The notes under the pieces are model-generated. The model had not been told where the DNA came from. It saw only the letters and a program-made list of their open reading frames with translations, and searched no databases. The translations under genes and the position numbers were made by a program. Positions 1-11,066 of a stretch of DNA of 64,000 nt are shown here, in pieces. The stretch is taken from contig JABCTZ010000001.1 in NCBI GenBank assembly GCA_018238155.1, forward strand, positions 51,691 through 115,690, read 5' to 3'. This stretch comes from Candidatus Heimdallarchaeota archaeon. Lineage in GTDB: Archaea > Asgardarchaeota > Heimdallarchaeia > JABLTI01. The first letter of the stretch is position 1. The number at the start of each line of letters is the position of its first letter.

Positions 1-406
1 ATTCTACCATGCCATAATAAATTGTTGCTATATCATTATATACTCCCGGATCATCTGGAGTTATTTTCAACATGTTTTTCCATGCATCAATTGCTTTTTC
101 ATATTCACCTCTTCTTTCATAAACTATAGCTAAATTTCTTCGTACAACTATGAGTTTATCATTTAGCTCTATAGCCTTCAGGTAGCATTCGATTGCTTCT
201 TCAGTTTTATCCAAATAATTGTTGGCTAAACCGATGTTACTCCAAGCTTCTGCATAGTTGGGATCAATTTCTAATGATCGTTCAAAAATCTCTATTGCTT
301 TATCAAATTGACCTATTTCTCCATAGTTTATCCCCAATTCATTTAATTCCTTAACATCATCTATTTCAGCAAAATCTTTTGGTTTGTCTGTATTTTCATT
401 CGTCAT
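1..406 (-). CDS. Tetratricopeptide repeat protein (runs off the left edge)
   Basis: Not in the ORF track. Manual translation from ATG at 406: MTNENTDKPKDFAEIDDVKELNELGINYGEIGQFDKAIEIFERSLEIDPNYAEAWSNIGLA... with consecutive TPR motifs; GGAG lies upstream. Confidence 0.9.
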   Translation of the reverse strand, partial: MTNENTDKPKDFAEIDDVKELNELGINYGEIGQFDKAIEIFERSLEIDPNYAEAWSNIGLANNYLDKTEEAIECYLKAIELNDKLIVVRRNLAIVYERRGEYEKAIDAWKNMLKITPDDPGVYNDIATIYYGMVE

Positions 407-640
407 TATATTCTCTCCAAATTTACTCGAGAAGAAATTGATTTCCTTGATTTACAAGCAATAATTATTATTAATGTTCATAAATATTATTCAGCAACTA
501 AAACACCATTAATTATGCAAGAAATTTTTCAAAGTAAAATAAATAATGTTTTCCTTCTATTTCATTGACATATAAATTGGCACCTTGTGATTTCATTATC
601 TTAGAAATAGTTTTTATTTATCCTATTGTTTTTCTATAGT

Positions 641-3436
641 ATGGTATCTGGTTTTGATAAGACTGTAGAAGAAATCTATGATTTGTTAGATTCACAATTT
701 GAAGGATTATCTACAGAGGAAGCAAAAAAAAGAATTGAAAAACATGGTCAGAATATTGTTTCTTCCGAAAAAAAGACAAGTTCAATCAAACTTTTTCTAA
801 GTCAATTCAAGGATCTCCTTGTAATTATTCTTTTAATTGCTGGTCTCATTACTGGAGTAATTGGTATTATTGAGTCGAATTTGGAAGCAATAATTGATGT
901 CAGTGCAATAGCAATAGTTGTTCTATTAAATGCCTGTTTAGGTTTTTATCAAGAATATTCTGCCGAAAAAGCTATTAGCGCTTTGAGAAAGCTCTCTGAA
1001 AGTCAAGTTATTGTTGTTAGAGACCACAAAAAAATATACATCGATTCTGAATATGTCGTTCCTGGAGATATTATTTTTCTGGAAGCAGGTAATTCAGTTG
1101 TTGCCGATATTCGATTAATTCAATCCTATGAAATCAGAGTGAGCGAAGGCATTCTAACTGGCGAATCGACCACAATTGCCAAGCATACGGATTCTCTTCC
1201 AACAGATACACAATTAGCTGATAGAAAAAATACTCTTTTCAAAGGAACTACGATTGTTAATGGTTCTGGTTTGGGTATTGTTGTAAGCACAGGGTTCCTT
1301 ACAGAATTGGGCAAGATTGCTTCTTCATTGCTTTCAATTGAGCAAGAAGATACTCCTATCCAAAAGAAACTCGATCAACTTGCAAAACAAATAACAATTG
1401 GTATAGGCATTCTTTCGGTAATTATCTTTCTTATTGGTATCCTTTCAATTGGTGTGAGTAGTTGGGCTGTTTTATTGATCTTTTCTATTGGATTAGCTGT
1501 TGCAGCAGTCCCAGAAGGGTTACCAGCTGTTCTAACGCTTTCACTGGCTTTAGGGATTAATCGTTTAGCAAAGAAAAATGCTCTTGTGAGAAAATTGCCT
1601 GCGGTTGAAGTTCTAGGCTCATCTACTATTATTTGTACAGATAAAACAGGTACACTTACTCGAAATGAACAAACGGTTAGATTAATTTGGACTTTGGATA
1701 CAAAGTATAGTGTTACAGGTGATGGATATTTCAGCTCTGGAAATATCGTTGCTAAAGAAACTGGGAAAAAAGAAGAATCATTAACAAATTCTACTCTTCT
1801 TAAAAATATTGAAATCGGTGCTTTAGCTAATGAAGCTGCAATTGAAAAACAAGGTGAAAATGATCCCTACAAAATATTTGGTGATCCTACAGAAGTTGCA
1901 CTACTAATTCTTGCTGAGAAAGGACAAACGATGGAAACAATTCAATCTGAATGGTCTTTAGAATATCTCTTTCCTTTTGATAGCGATAGAAAACGTATGA
2001 GTGTTATTGTTAAAAATCGCAAAACTGAAAAATATGCTATTATGGTTAAAGGTGCGCTTGATATTTTACTTGATTTCTGCACAAATCAATTTTCGAATAA
2101 CGTTGTAAGTCCACTTGAGAAAGCAAGTAAGCAAATCATTATTCAAAATAGTGAAAATTATTCTGCGAGTTACGCTTACAGGATTCTTGGAATGGCTTTT
2201 AGAGAAATAACTGATGAAGAAGCAGAAAAATTACTGCTTTCTAAAAAGTCAGAATTAGTTGAACGGAATCTCACATTTGCTGGGTTTGTAGGGATGATAG
2301 ACCCACCACGAACTCAATCCCGTCCTGCTATTCTCAAAGCAAAAGCTGCTGGTATTAGAGTCATCATGATTACTGGCGATCACGTTGAAACTGCAAAAGC
2401 AATTGGACGTTCAATAAGTCTTACAACAAGCACAACCCCAATTACCGGAAAAGTGCTGGATAAAATGACCGATGATGAACTTGAGTTAATCGTTCAAACA
2501 ACAGATATTTTCGCTCGAGTTAATCCTCATCATAAACTGCGTATTATCAATGCCCTAAAAAAACTGGGTGAAATTGTTACCATGACTGGTGATGGTGTTA
2601 ATGATTCGCCTGCCCTAAAAAGAGCAGATATTGGTGTAGCAATGGGTATAACTGGAACAGATGTATCCAAAGAAGCAAGTGATATGATTTTAGTAGATGA
2701 TAACTTCGCAAATATAATTGAAGCTGTTTCAGAAGGACGAACAATCTATTCGAATATTAAAAAATTCATTGGTTACCTTCTCTCAGCAAATGCAGGAGAA
2801 CTAATCACTGTTCTTTTTGGAATTATTTTTGGTCTAATTTTCTTCAAAACAACAATTATCCCTATTTTGACCATCCAATTACTCTACATTAATTTGCTAA
2901 CAGATACTTTTCCAGCACTTGCTTTAGGTGTGAGCCCCGCAGAGGAAGATATTATGCTTCGCAAACCTCGAAATCCAAAAGAACCTCTAATTGATAAGGA
3001 GATGCTAGTTTCAATAATCACATCGGGACTGATGTATGGCATCGGCACACTCTTTGGTTATTTCTGGGCGATGGGTTTTACATTATCAACTGATGTTGAG
3101 ACGGTGAAAGCTGCTCAAACAATGGTTTTTGTTTCACTTGTTGTTTACCAACTTCTTCATTCATTGTCCTTGTGTCAAGATGATTTGATTTTTACTAAAA
3201 AATTTTTCAAAAATCATAAACTCTTTCTAGCAGTACTATTTAGCATTATTATGCTTGTTATCGCATTGTATGTACCATTTATGTCAAGATTTGCTCATAC
3301 AACTCCTTTGAATGGGATGCAGTGGTTGATTGTATTACTAACTGCGCTTCCAATCATGATTGCTGATGAAGTAAGAAAATTCATTTTTAATAGGATAAGG
3401 AAGAACAAGATAGCAGAATTAAATGATACTTACTGA
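641..3436 (+). CDS. P-type cation-transporting ATPase, P2A (Ca2+-type)
   Basis: TGES, PEGLP, DKTGTLT, MITGD and TGDGVND motifs; ATG at 641 preferred over TTG at 626. Confidence 0.95.
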   Translation: MVSGFDKTVEEIYDLLDSQFEGLSTEEAKKRIEKHGQNIVSSEKKTSSIKLFLSQFKDLLVIILLIAGLITGVIGIIESNLEAIIDVSAIAIVVLLNACLGFYQEYSAEKAISALRKLSESQVIVVRDHKKIYIDSEYVVPGDIIFLEAGNSVVADIRLIQSYEIRVSEGILTGESTTIAKHTDSLPTDTQLADRKNTLFKGTTIVNGSGLGIVVSTGFLTELGKIASSLLSIEQEDTPIQKKLDQLAKQITIGIGILSVIIFLIGILSIGVSSWAVLLIFSIGLAVAAVPEGLPAVLTLSLALGINRLAKKNALVRKLPAVEVLGSSTIICTDKTGTLTRNEQTVRLIWTLDTKYSVTGDGYFSSGNIVAKETGKKEESLTNSTLLKNIEIGALANEAAIEKQGENDPYKIFGDPTEVALLILAEKGQTMETIQSEWSLEYLFPFDSDRKRMSVIVKNRKTEKYAIMVKGALDILLDFCTNQFSNNVVSPLEKASKQIIIQNSENYSASYAYRILGMAFREITDEEAEKLLLSKKSELVERNLTFAGFVGMIDPPRTQSRPAILKAKAAGIRVIMITGDHVETAKAIGRSISLTTSTTPITGKVLDKMTDDELELIVQTTDIFARVNPHHKLRIINALKKLGEIVTMTGDGVNDSPALKRADIGVAMGITGTDVSKEASDMILVDDNFANIIEAVSEGRTIYSNIKKFIGYLLSANAGELITVLFGIIFGLIFFKTTIIPILTIQLLYINLLTDTFPALALGVSPAEEDIMLRKPRNPKEPLIDKEMLVSIITSGLMYGIGTLFGYFWAMGFTLSTDVETVKAAQTMVFVSLVVYQLLHSLSLCQDDLIFTKKFFKNHKLFLAVLFSIIMLVIALYVPFMSRFAHTTPLNGMQWLIVLLTALPIMIADEVRKFIFNRIRKNKIAELNDTY

Positions 3437-3681
3437 AGGATTTTGGGAAAGTTTACTCTAAATAACTTCCAAATAAAGTAAATTAGATAATTGAAATCTT
3501 ACTAATAGTTGGTTGGAATTGCTTCATATTGAATCAATGAAACTCTTTGAGACTACAATTTGTTGATTTTATGCCCAATTTTATTTTTTGGGAAAACTAT
3601 AATAATCTCAAATTTAACGTAAATGTTAGTTATTTATCTATTTGAAAAGTTTTTTTCAAATAAAAACAGGAGAGTAGTATT

Positions 3682-6084
3682 TTGTCTAAAAAAAGTGGAA
3701 TGATTTGTTCTAATTGTGGCGTTAATGTAGCTGTTGGTAAATTCTGTCCAAAGTGTGGCGTGGCTTTATCAATATCACTTGAACAAGAATTTGATATCCA
3801 AAAAAATAGGTTGGATGAAATAAGCAAAAAACTTGTTAATTTTGAAAGTTCTGTTTTAAAAGCTCTAGCACTTGACTATCATCAAAAATTCGATGAAATT
3901 AAATTTAGTATCGATACTTTGATCAATAAAATAGTTCATGATTCTGAAAGAATGAATCTTGAAGGTAAAGAGCTTGAGAGTTCTTTAATAATTTGTTTTA
4001 GTTGTGGACAAGAAGTTGCGCTTACAAAATTCTGTCAAAATTGTGGTAAATCCTTGGTTGAATTTGAAGGCGATTATAAGCAAGGATATGTGCAATATTT
4101 GGCTCAAACCCAGAGAAAGGTTAATCTTTTTAGAGACATGGTTGCAAAAATACTTGCAATTGAAGCTCTCACTGATTTAGAGATTATTATTAAAAACATA
4201 AGACAATTGATTCTCTATTTTAATAGAGAAGAAGTAGAAAAAGTAACAATCGAAAAAGGTCGAGAGGACGTCGATAGCTCCACTGTTGTTTCGGAGAAAA
4301 AACAACCGAGGACTGCTATTCCAAAGAAACAATTTGAAAAAATGCCTGTTGTTACACCGAAAAAAGCATCCTCGCAAACACAACCAAGTGTTAAGAAAGC
4401 AGAAATTAAACCTGAACGCAAGAAAAGTGCTGCATATAGCAAGCTCGAAAAAAATCTGCTCGATTATTGGTTCTTTTATCTTGCAACAATTATCTTTAGT
4501 GTTGGAATCTCCATTACTCTTTATTTCGTTTCTGTTGAATTGGAATCAGAGGTTTGGCAATTAGTAATTATTTATTCTATTGGTGCAATAATAATTGGTT
4601 TTGGTCAGGGTCTTAATTTATTAGCAAAACATAACAAGAAGAAAAAATTAGCGAAAGAAGAATCTAAACAAACTTCTGATAAAAAGAAGCAACCTTCGCA
4701 AGATGAAATTATTAAATATACCCCACAAATGACTTCTGTTATTTCATTTATCGGATTTATTGTCCTCTTTATTGGTGGAATCATTGGTATATTATCTTAT
4801 GAATCTCTGGGTGTTTCAAAAGGAGTTTTTATTGGTCTTAGTTTAGGTTTAAGTGCTGTTTGTATGGCAATAAGTATCTTGAATAAATCAGAACTCTTAG
4901 CTTTGACTAGTATTCTTCAAGCAATTATTTTTGTTGCAGTTGATCTTTTATGGGCTCAATATCCTCCTATTCTAAGTAACATCTCAAGTTTAATTGTGTA
5001 TTCTTTGATAATTATTGGTGCTACTTGCGTTTCTGTATTCTTCAAAAAATGGACTGTTTCAGCTGTGTCAATGGCTGTTATTCCTATTCTAATTTGTATA
5101 CCAAGAGTATATTCGCAGATAGGTCTTGAATTTTTAATTCTGATATTTGTACCAATTATGATTATTTTGACTATTCAATTTGGTTCCGAAAAAATACCTA
5201 TGCCTATCAAAAGAAGCTTAGTTGTTTTATCATTTATTCTTCCAACAATATCTGTATTTGTTATTTCACTCACAAGTTATTATAATCCAATTACTGAACC
5301 TGTTTGGGCTGCCTATCAATCATATCAATCGTTGCTTATCGGAGTAGTGATTATTGGTATATCTTATTATTATCAATTCATCCAAGAGAAGCATTTAGAT
5401 ATCAAATCTTCAAATGAGATCATTTGGTTTGCAGGACAAATTCTTACAGGGATAATAGCTTTTCTAACTGTTGGGCTTTACAAAGATATATTGATAACAT
5501 CATTATTCTTTACAATCTTCTTTATCTTTGGAATTTTAAGCACGATTAAATTCTTTAGAGAAAAATTGGCTGTTCAAAATATTATCGCTTCTTTTGTTAT
5601 AGCTGAAATACTTGCTATTCTTATTATTGTCTTAGTGGATGTAAATACAACAGCACAAGCTATACTTGTTTTTATTCTCGGAATTTCGTTTGTGCTTATA
5701 ACAATAGTTAGCCTATTTATTCCACATTTGCTTCACCAACAACCAGTACTCTTTTTTATTTGGTTTACTCTTTCAACAATCAATCTAATTTTGCTAGGTT
5801 TGATGGAAATAATTAGTCCATGGTTAACTTTTGTGATCATTGTTCTTCATTTGAGTTGTTCAATAATAGCTGCTCTTCCAATAATCATACCAAAAGCAAC
5901 TCGTTGGCGAGAGTTTTCGGTGACATCCTTAATCCTTAATGGTATAGCAGTTCTAGTATTCTTATTAAGTGGGAGATTTGCTTACTTTGATTATGTTCCA
6001 CTTATTATTTTCATATTCTTCTTCTTAGCTTCAATATCGGGCTTTATTAATTGGAAGGAACAGGAGGCAATTATCAATGAATAA
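3682..6084 (+). CDS. Polytopic membrane protein with two N-terminal double zinc ribbons; DUF2339-like N-terminal part
   Basis: CSNC...CPKC and CFSC...CQNC, a charged linker, then many hydrophobic helices starting at LEKNLLDYWFFYLA. Confidence 0.6.
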   Translation: MSKKSGMICSNCGVNVAVGKFCPKCGVALSISLEQEFDIQKNRLDEISKKLVNFESSVLKALALDYHQKFDEIKFSIDTLINKIVHDSERMNLEGKELESSLIICFSCGQEVALTKFCQNCGKSLVEFEGDYKQGYVQYLAQTQRKVNLFRDMVAKILAIEALTDLEIIIKNIRQLILYFNREEVEKVTIEKGREDVDSSTVVSEKKQPRTAIPKKQFEKMPVVTPKKASSQTQPSVKKAEIKPERKKSAAYSKLEKNLLDYWFFYLATIIFSVGISITLYFVSVELESEVWQLVIIYSIGAIIIGFGQGLNLLAKHNKKKKLAKEESKQTSDKKKQPSQDEIIKYTPQMTSVISFIGFIVLFIGGIIGILSYESLGVSKGVFIGLSLGLSAVCMAISILNKSELLALTSILQAIIFVAVDLLWAQYPPILSNISSLIVYSLIIIGATCVSVFFKKWTVSAVSMAVIPILICIPRVYSQIGLEFLILIFVPIMIILTIQFGSEKIPMPIKRSLVVLSFILPTISVFVISLTSYYNPITEPVWAAYQSYQSLLIGVVIIGISYYYQFIQEKHLDIKSSNEIIWFAGQILTGIIAFLTVGLYKDILITSLFFTIFFIFGILSTIKFFREKLAVQNIIASFVIAEILAILIIVLVDVNTTAQAILVFILGISFVLITIVSLFIPHLLHQQPVLFFIWFTLSTINLILLGLMEIISPWLTFVIIVLHLSCSIIAALPIIIPKATRWREFSVTSLILNGIAVLVFLLSGRFAYFDYVPLIIFIFFFLASISGFINWKEQEAIINE

Positions 6085-7729
6085 TAAACAAGCGCAATCA
6101 GTTTCGAAAACAAAATCAAAGGAAAATAAAGGCGAATTAGAAGAAGCAACTGGCTCTTTGGTTCAAAAAACCTTTATCTCTAAGTACGTTCACCAAATAT
6201 TTCTTCTGGTTTTTATCAATATACTCTTTATCGTTTTTGAGCTTGTGGAAGCTTTCAAAATCAATTGGATCTCTGCAATAGTTTATGGAGTAATATCTAT
6301 TAGCTCAATTGGTTATATTTGGACTCAAAAGGAATCGGCTAAATTTCTTATTCCAATACCCTTTATTTCATTGTTAGTAGCAAGTCTATTGATTGACTTT
6401 CCATTGTTAATAACAATCATTTATGGTATTAATTGTCTATTCTTTTTCATTATTGCAATTATTAAGAAAGATGCTCAAGATTCAATTATCACTACAATAA
6501 CCACAGGATTAATGCTAGTAATTTTAACATCATTGTCATTAGTTAATCGAGGTTTTATAAAAGTCGACTATGAGCTAAATGCTATTAGTGGGATGTTATT
6601 TTTATGGATTGTTTGTGCAACAGTATCCACAATAATGTTGAGAGATAATCCTGGGCAGATATTTACCTATATACTTTCAGCTCAAATAATTACCGTAGTT
6701 ATGCCTTTCATTCGACCAGAAGGAGTCAATTCTAACGTTTATACCATAATTTGTGCTTTAGGATTCATAGTCACCGCAGTAACAACTTTGGTTCTGGTAA
6801 CAAGACATAAAGAATTAGATGATTTTCATCTTCTTCTCTCAGTTATTGTCCTACAAATAGGCATTGTTATTCTCTCATATTCATTCAATATAGGATTTAA
6901 TTGGACAAGTCCTAATAATAATGCTCTTATCATAGATTATGCTCTGCATATTCCATTAGCAATCTTTACAATAGCTAATTATCTTTTTAGTTATTTAAAA
7001 AGCAGGGAGAATCTATTAGAAGATGAGATAGCTGCTAACGATAAAAGATATTCTCAATTCAAACCTTTCATTCTCTATTTGTCATTTGCAATATCATCAT
7101 TAGCAATGTTAGGTTGGGTATTTGGCAATCTAAATCTAATCAATGTTTTAATAATTTCAATACTCTTTTTTGTTGTTGGAATTGTGATAAATAACAAGTA
7201 TCTGACAATAATTACAATGATTACATCCTATTTGTTTATAGGTTTAACAATGTCCTTTGTTGGAAGCGTTGTACTCGATATTATTCTCATTGTTTTGATA
7301 AGCATTTCAGGAGCATTGCTAATTTTCTCAATAATAAATGAAAAATGGATTAAAGGTGAGCCATTAACTACAATATTATCTCTAACTAGTTCAATGATGA
7401 TAATGATCAGTTTACTTATTTTGCTGGACTTTAATAGTATCTGGATAGGCGTTAGTTGGGTGCTAATAGGTTTCTATCTCTTTGCTGGAGGAATATTTAT
7501 GGAAAAAATCCTTTGGAGAAGAGTTGGGTTAGGCATTATCCTTGGAGATATCGTTTTTTCAATTGTTCTCATTGCTATTAGTGGTGGGTCGGGAATCTTC
7601 CTTGGAATAGGATTTATGGTCATTGCTGTAGTACTCTTTGGATGCATCTTCATGTTTAGATGGTCTGAGCAGAAGCAAGAGGCATACCTTCTTGCTGAAA
7701 GTGGTGATGAAAAAACACTTGAAGAATAA
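6077..7729 (+). CDS. Polytopic membrane protein, DUF2339-like C-terminal part
   Basis: Almost entirely TM segments; C-terminal W..IG..L...G.....WRR.GL pattern; overlaps the upstream gene by 8 nt. Confidence 0.55.
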   Translation: MNNKQAQSVSKTKSKENKGELEEATGSLVQKTFISKYVHQIFLLVFINILFIVFELVEAFKINWISAIVYGVISISSIGYIWTQKESAKFLIPIPFISLLVASLLIDFPLLITIIYGINCLFFFIIAIIKKDAQDSIITTITTGLMLVILTSLSLVNRGFIKVDYELNAISGMLFLWIVCATVSTIMLRDNPGQIFTYILSAQIITVVMPFIRPEGVNSNVYTIICALGFIVTAVTTLVLVTRHKELDDFHLLLSVIVLQIGIVILSYSFNIGFNWTSPNNNALIIDYALHIPLAIFTIANYLFSYLKSRENLLEDEIAANDKRYSQFKPFILYLSFAISSLAMLGWVFGNLNLINVLIISILFFVVGIVINNKYLTIITMITSYLFIGLTMSFVGSVVLDIILIVLISISGALLIFSIINEKWIKGEPLTTILSLTSSMMIMISLLILLDFNSIWIGVSWVLIGFYLFAGGIFMEKILWRRVGLGIILGDIVFSIVLIAISGGSGIFLGIGFMVIAVVLFGCIFMFRWSEQKQEAYLLAESGDEKTLEE

Positions 7730-7751
7730 AGGAATATTGAAAAGAAGAATA

Positions 7752-9155
7752 CTATCTTCTTTTCTTTCTAAAGAAAATTATTGGGATTGTTGTTAATAAA
7801 CTGCTAATTACAATGAAAGGATAATTGATTTTGGCTTCATTGGAAGTTGAAGGAGTTAATGTAATGATTGTTGTGCTCAATTCCACTCTAAAAAGCCAAA
7901 TTCTACTAACTGTTTCACCAACAAAATGGGTAGAACCTAAGACTGTAAATGTTTCACTACCATCATAGACAAATGACCCTGCACCGTTTCCAAAAACATC
8001 ACCTATAGTAAAATTCCATAGATGTGTTCCATTTTCATCTGTTCTCACAATCCAAGCATCTCCTTGACCTGCTTGGTCAAAATTGTGTGTTGATCCGAGA
8101 AAAGTTAATTCGCCATTCGGCATTTCTATTATATGATTTCCAGTATCTTCTTCTATCCCACCGAATGTTTGATTCCAAATTTGGTTTCCAAATAGATCTG
8201 TGCGAATAACCCAAAAATCACTGCCACCTTCACCAAAACTATGTGTATTTGCAATTATTGCGAATCCTCCACTAGAACATTTAACAAGTGCTTCTGGTCG
8301 TTGATATCCCGTTTCATCTCCATATGTCATGTTCCATAACGGAATTCCAAATGAGTCTGTCTTAATTAACCACACATCACTTGACTTTGTATCATTATAC
8401 GTATAGCCAAGTACTGCAAATCCTCCATCGTCACATTGCACAATACTGTGAGGTGCAAAACATCTGTCAATAGCCCAGTTATCATATACTCTTTCCCATT
8501 TTTTGATTCCATTTAGACCAATTCTGAATATCCATATATCGCACCCACCACTTGTTGTAATTGTTACTCCACTAAGAACAAAATCACCATTTGAGCATTG
8601 AACGACAGAACGACCAACATCGCTAATATATGTTCCACCAGTTTGTTCAGATCCACTGAAGTATTTATTCCAGATAATTGTTCCATCATCAGCAATTCGT
8701 GTAACCATAAAATCAGAATTTGTTATTGCTGCGCTCACATTATAAAATGTTGAAGCAATTACATACCCTCCCGTATCACATGCTATTATTTGATACCCTT
8801 GATCTTCTCCGACATCACCAATTGTTTGATTCCACTCTTGGTTTCCATCTGAATCTAATCCAATCAATAAAACATCCAAATCCCCTGCACCTGAGCTGTT
8901 TGTCCAACCAGAAATGGCATATTTTCCTGTAGCACTTTTTACAAGAGACTTCCCAACATTTTCCATTTCTCCACCGAATGTTTTATTCCAAAGAATTACC
9001 ATTTCAGTTTCTTCAATGGTTTCGCATCCTGTAATACTGCTTGCAATTTGATTCATTTTTTCTGATTTATTTACTGGAAAATATAACAAAGTAACAATCA
9101 CTAAACTCAGAAGAAAAATAGGCAATAATTTGTGATACGAGGTTTGCGTTGTCAT
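7752..9155 (-). CDS. Cell-surface beta-propeller-like protein with WNxT(F/Y/I)G repeats and a C-terminal anchor
   Basis: Signal-like N-terminus; seven repeats (WNKTFGG, WNQTIGD, WNKYFSG, WERVYDN, WNMTYGD, WNQTFGG, WNFTIGD); C-terminal TM followed by RKKRR. Confidence 0.75.
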   Translation of the reverse strand: MTTQTSYHKLLPIFLLSLVIVTLLYFPVNKSEKMNQIASSITGCETIEETEMVILWNKTFGGEMENVGKSLVKSATGKYAISGWTNSSGAGDLDVLLIGLDSDGNQEWNQTIGDVGEDQGYQIIACDTGGYVIASTFYNVSAAITNSDFMVTRIADDGTIIWNKYFSGSEQTGGTYISDVGRSVVQCSNGDFVLSGVTITTSGGCDIWIFRIGLNGIKKWERVYDNWAIDRCFAPHSIVQCDDGGFAVLGYTYNDTKSSDVWLIKTDSFGIPLWNMTYGDETGYQRPEALVKCSSGGFAIIANTHSFGEGGSDFWVIRTDLFGNQIWNQTFGGIEEDTGNHIIEMPNGELTFLGSTHNFDQAGQGDAWIVRTDENGTHLWNFTIGDVFGNGAGSFVYDGSETFTVLGSTHFVGETVSRIWLFRVELSTTIITLTPSTSNEAKINYPFIVISSLLTTIPIIFFRKKRR

Positions 9156-9295
9156 AGTAGATAATATTTCATCATTATTTATTAATAAACTCCAACTTTA
9201 CATCTGCACTTTCAAAATCAATTATCAATAATAAAAAACAAACATCTACCCAAAAGAAACCTAAAAAAGTTTCTCTTTCCACATCATCTTTGAGA

Positions 9296-10912
9296 TTAAA
9301 ATTTAATATATTCAATCCTTGGCAAAGAGTTCTGTGGGAATCTTGAAAGAAGCACTCCTTGAGAGGAAATGGAAGATATATCTCTTACTTTTGAGATTCT
9401 TGGATTCATGCTATCAACTATTGATACTAATTGATTCATATTTGCTATTTGTCCGCTGTGGAGGCAATATCGAATCATACTCGATGGAGTTAATGCTTCA
9501 TAAATTGGTATTGACAACTTTTTGGATATTTCGTTTCGGAAATTGCTGAAATTCCCTTCAGAGAGATTTCTATTATGTGTATCGTGATATATTTTTCTAA
9601 TTATTGCTGGTGGAACACCCTTGAAAGCAAAGGCATACAATTCCAGAGAAGATGGATCGAAATACAATTCATGTACAACACCTACCAATGATCTATCTGG
9701 TGATAGTACTCTCCGTCCTAATAACCCTGCATTTTCTGCTAGAGTTAAAACTTGAGAGTTTTGATTTAAAATTGGTTGATTATTTATATAATTAATCGCA
9801 CTAACAGGAACTGAAGCGAAATAGGAATTAATTAATTTCAACAAATCAATTCCAAGTTTGTTCTGAATAGAATATTTTACTACATTTTCAGGATATAGTG
9901 CCTGTTCTTTATCCACTCCAAATGAATCCACTATTAGTTGTTGTAATCTGTCTTCAATTACTTTTGGATTTGAGGATGATCGCAATCTTGAAGGTCCTAC
10001 TACAGCTATATCACGAATTACTGCTAGAGAAGGTCTATCTGTTGCAATTATCGCGAAACTACTCCCAATGATGTTTATATCACCGATTAATTTCCCAATA
10101 GTGATTCCTTTCCATTTGATCCAAATGTCCTCTCCTGGTGGTGGTCTAGTTGGCTCATGAGTTACCCTTTGAGCGTTAGTTTGTATTGGTTCTGCTTTTG
10201 GTTGAGGTGTAGCAATAGCTCTTTGTTTTGTTGATTTTCTTTGTTTCTCTGATTTGGTCCAATCTTCTTTTTTAAACTCTACATCTGCAATTTTTGATAA
10301 TTTTTTAGCTACAGAATGAGTGTTCTTTTGAATCTTTAATAAGCGCTTTCTCTCTAAATCCAATTCCTTCTTTTTTGCTGTATCCATTGCAGCATCGATT
10401 GCAAGCTCATCTATGTTTTGATTAATAACAGTGCTCAGTTGTTCAATTAATTCTAATGATTTTGGTATTCCTTGGATTAGCGTTTCTCTTTTGGCTTTAA
10501 TTGTTAACAATAACGTTTCGTATTCTCTTTTTTTACTTTTTATTGCTGATTCTGTAACACTACCTTTTGCTGCCAGCTCATCTAGTTTTTTGATTCGAAC
10601 TTGAACACTTTTCTTTTCTTCTTCAATATACTCCAATCTTCTAATAAAACTTTGAACATTTACATGGATAGTTTCAAGGTCAGGTATAATTGCTTCGTAA
10701 GTTGCAAAACCATCTCGAATATATGATTTCTCTTCGGCTGATTCTAAAACGTGATAGTAATTTTTCTTTAACGTTTCATATAATTCATCACTGATATCTC
10801 GCTTCCTTTTTCTTATATCTAGTTCCTCAATTAAAGTTAAAATATAGTTTTTGCCGAAATTTTCCAATTGAATTTCATTTTTAGCCAAATGGTTTGAACC
10901 CCTTGCTGTCAT
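9296..10912 (-). CDS. CdvA-like coiled-coil protein with C-terminal PRC-barrel-like repeats
   Basis: RIKKLDELAAKGSVTESAIKSKKREYE resembles the CdvA helical domain; LLGRRVLSPDRSLVGVVHELYFDP is a PRC-barrel signature. Confidence 0.55.
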   Translation of the reverse strand: MTARGSNHLAKNEIQLENFGKNYILTLIEELDIRKRKRDISDELYETLKKNYYHVLESAEEKSYIRDGFATYEAIIPDLETIHVNVQSFIRRLEYIEEEKKSVQVRIKKLDELAAKGSVTESAIKSKKREYETLLLTIKAKRETLIQGIPKSLELIEQLSTVINQNIDELAIDAAMDTAKKKELDLERKRLLKIQKNTHSVAKKLSKIADVEFKKEDWTKSEKQRKSTKQRAIATPQPKAEPIQTNAQRVTHEPTRPPPGEDIWIKWKGITIGKLIGDINIIGSSFAIIATDRPSLAVIRDIAVVGPSRLRSSSNPKVIEDRLQQLIVDSFGVDKEQALYPENVVKYSIQNKLGIDLLKLINSYFASVPVSAINYINNQPILNQNSQVLTLAENAGLLGRRVLSPDRSLVGVVHELYFDPSSLELYAFAFKGVPPAIIRKIYHDTHNRNLSEGNFSNFRNEISKKLSIPIYEALTPSSMIRYCLHSGQIANMNQLVSIVDSMNPRISKVRDISSISSQGVLLSRFPQNSLPRIEYIKF

Positions 10913-11066
10913 TGTTGATAGAGAAGATATCTACGTTATAGTACTATTAGCTACATAATACCATTTTAATATTTAGTAATGGATTTAGTCCTAAAAGATA
11001 ATATCTTTTTCGCTCAGAAATATCAAAAGCATATTATATTCATTTAATAATTTTTGTTTAATCGTT

